Positions 49,850 through 50,239 of a stretch of 50,239 nucleotides of DNA are shown here, piece by piece; position 1 is the stretch's first letter; each line of letters opens with the position of its first letter. The notes below the pieces were generated by a model. It was not told the origin of the DNA. It did no database searches and saw only the letters and a program-made list of their open reading frames with translations. The DNA comes from Malacoraja senta. Taxonomy: Eukaryota. Location: the NCBI GenBank assembly GCA_038087875.1, contig JAXLNO010000487.1, positions 62,001 to 112,239 on the forward strand, given 5' to 3'. The position numbers and the translations under genes were made by a program.

Positions 49850-50212
49850 CCCAATTCATCCTGTACTGACCCCCTTCCATCCATCCTGCACTTCTCCCCC
49901 CCATTCATACTGCACTGATCCTCCATTCATCCCGTACTGACCCACCCTCCATTTATCGTGCACCAATCCCCCCATCCATCCTGTAGTGATCTCCCCATTC
50001 ATCTTTTACTGATCGCCCATTCATCCTGTACTGATCCCCTCATGCATCCTGTACTGATCCCCTCATTCATCCCATACTGATCCCCCATTCATCCTATACT
50101 GATCCCTCATTCATCCTGTAGTGATCCCCCATTCATCCTGCACAGACCCTCTGATCCACACTGTCCTGACCCACCCCCCCCCCATTCATCCTGTACTGAT
50201 CCCCTCCATTCA
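49850..50212 (+). repeat. Degenerate 22-23 bp minisatellite (CCCCATTCATCCTGTACTGATC)
   Basis: Recurrent CATTCATCCTGTACTGATCCC at about 22-23 bp spacing. Confidence 0.9.
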
Positions 50213-50239
50213 AGAAGAATGGGGGGAACAGTCTGAAGA

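Larger units (their letters stand above)
48796..50239. mobile_element. Putative hAT-type non-autonomous element (left end) with internal palindrome and minisatellite
   Basis: Abrupt start CAGGGCTCGAAATTAGCGGTTGCCCGG (CAGGG hAT-like terminus); subterminal TTGCCCGG/CCGGGCAA motifs; GC-rich body; nested Penelope-end piece 48910-48980. Right end not seen. Confidence 0.5.

Noticed and set aside
48902..49869. 263-aa and neighbouring ORFs
   Set aside because: Low-complexity translations of a GC-rich palindrome and CCCT tracts.

Overview
Eukaryotic, AT-rich, repeat-dense non-coding DNA, most likely intronic or intergenic. The repeat complement (HE1/V-SINE-type tRNA SINEs, CR1, Rex/Babar, Penelope) points to a cartilaginous fish, probably a skate or ray; this is inference. 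I found no convincing host coding exon, rRNA, true tRNA or CRISPR array. The recognisable coding content is all decayed transposon: two IR/DR-type Tc1 (DD34E) copies, a young 5'-truncated Penelope element (RT end plus GIY-YIG), a Vingi/Ingi-like LINE, and many CR1 and Rex/Babar fragments. Non-autonomous elements include hAT and PIF/Harbinger-type MITEs, V-SINEs and GC-rich LINE-tailed elements, one carrying a 36-bp tandem array. The most interesting signal is a family of about 35-135 bp Penelope-3'-end elements with a hammerhead-ribozyme-like core (CTGAAGA-A-stemII-GAAACGT). They are individually flanked by 7-18 bp target-site duplications, and one of them and the long Penelope copy hit nearly the same site in a CR1 3' tail. 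Several repeat-free islands look enhancer-like, but this cannot be confirmed without alignments.
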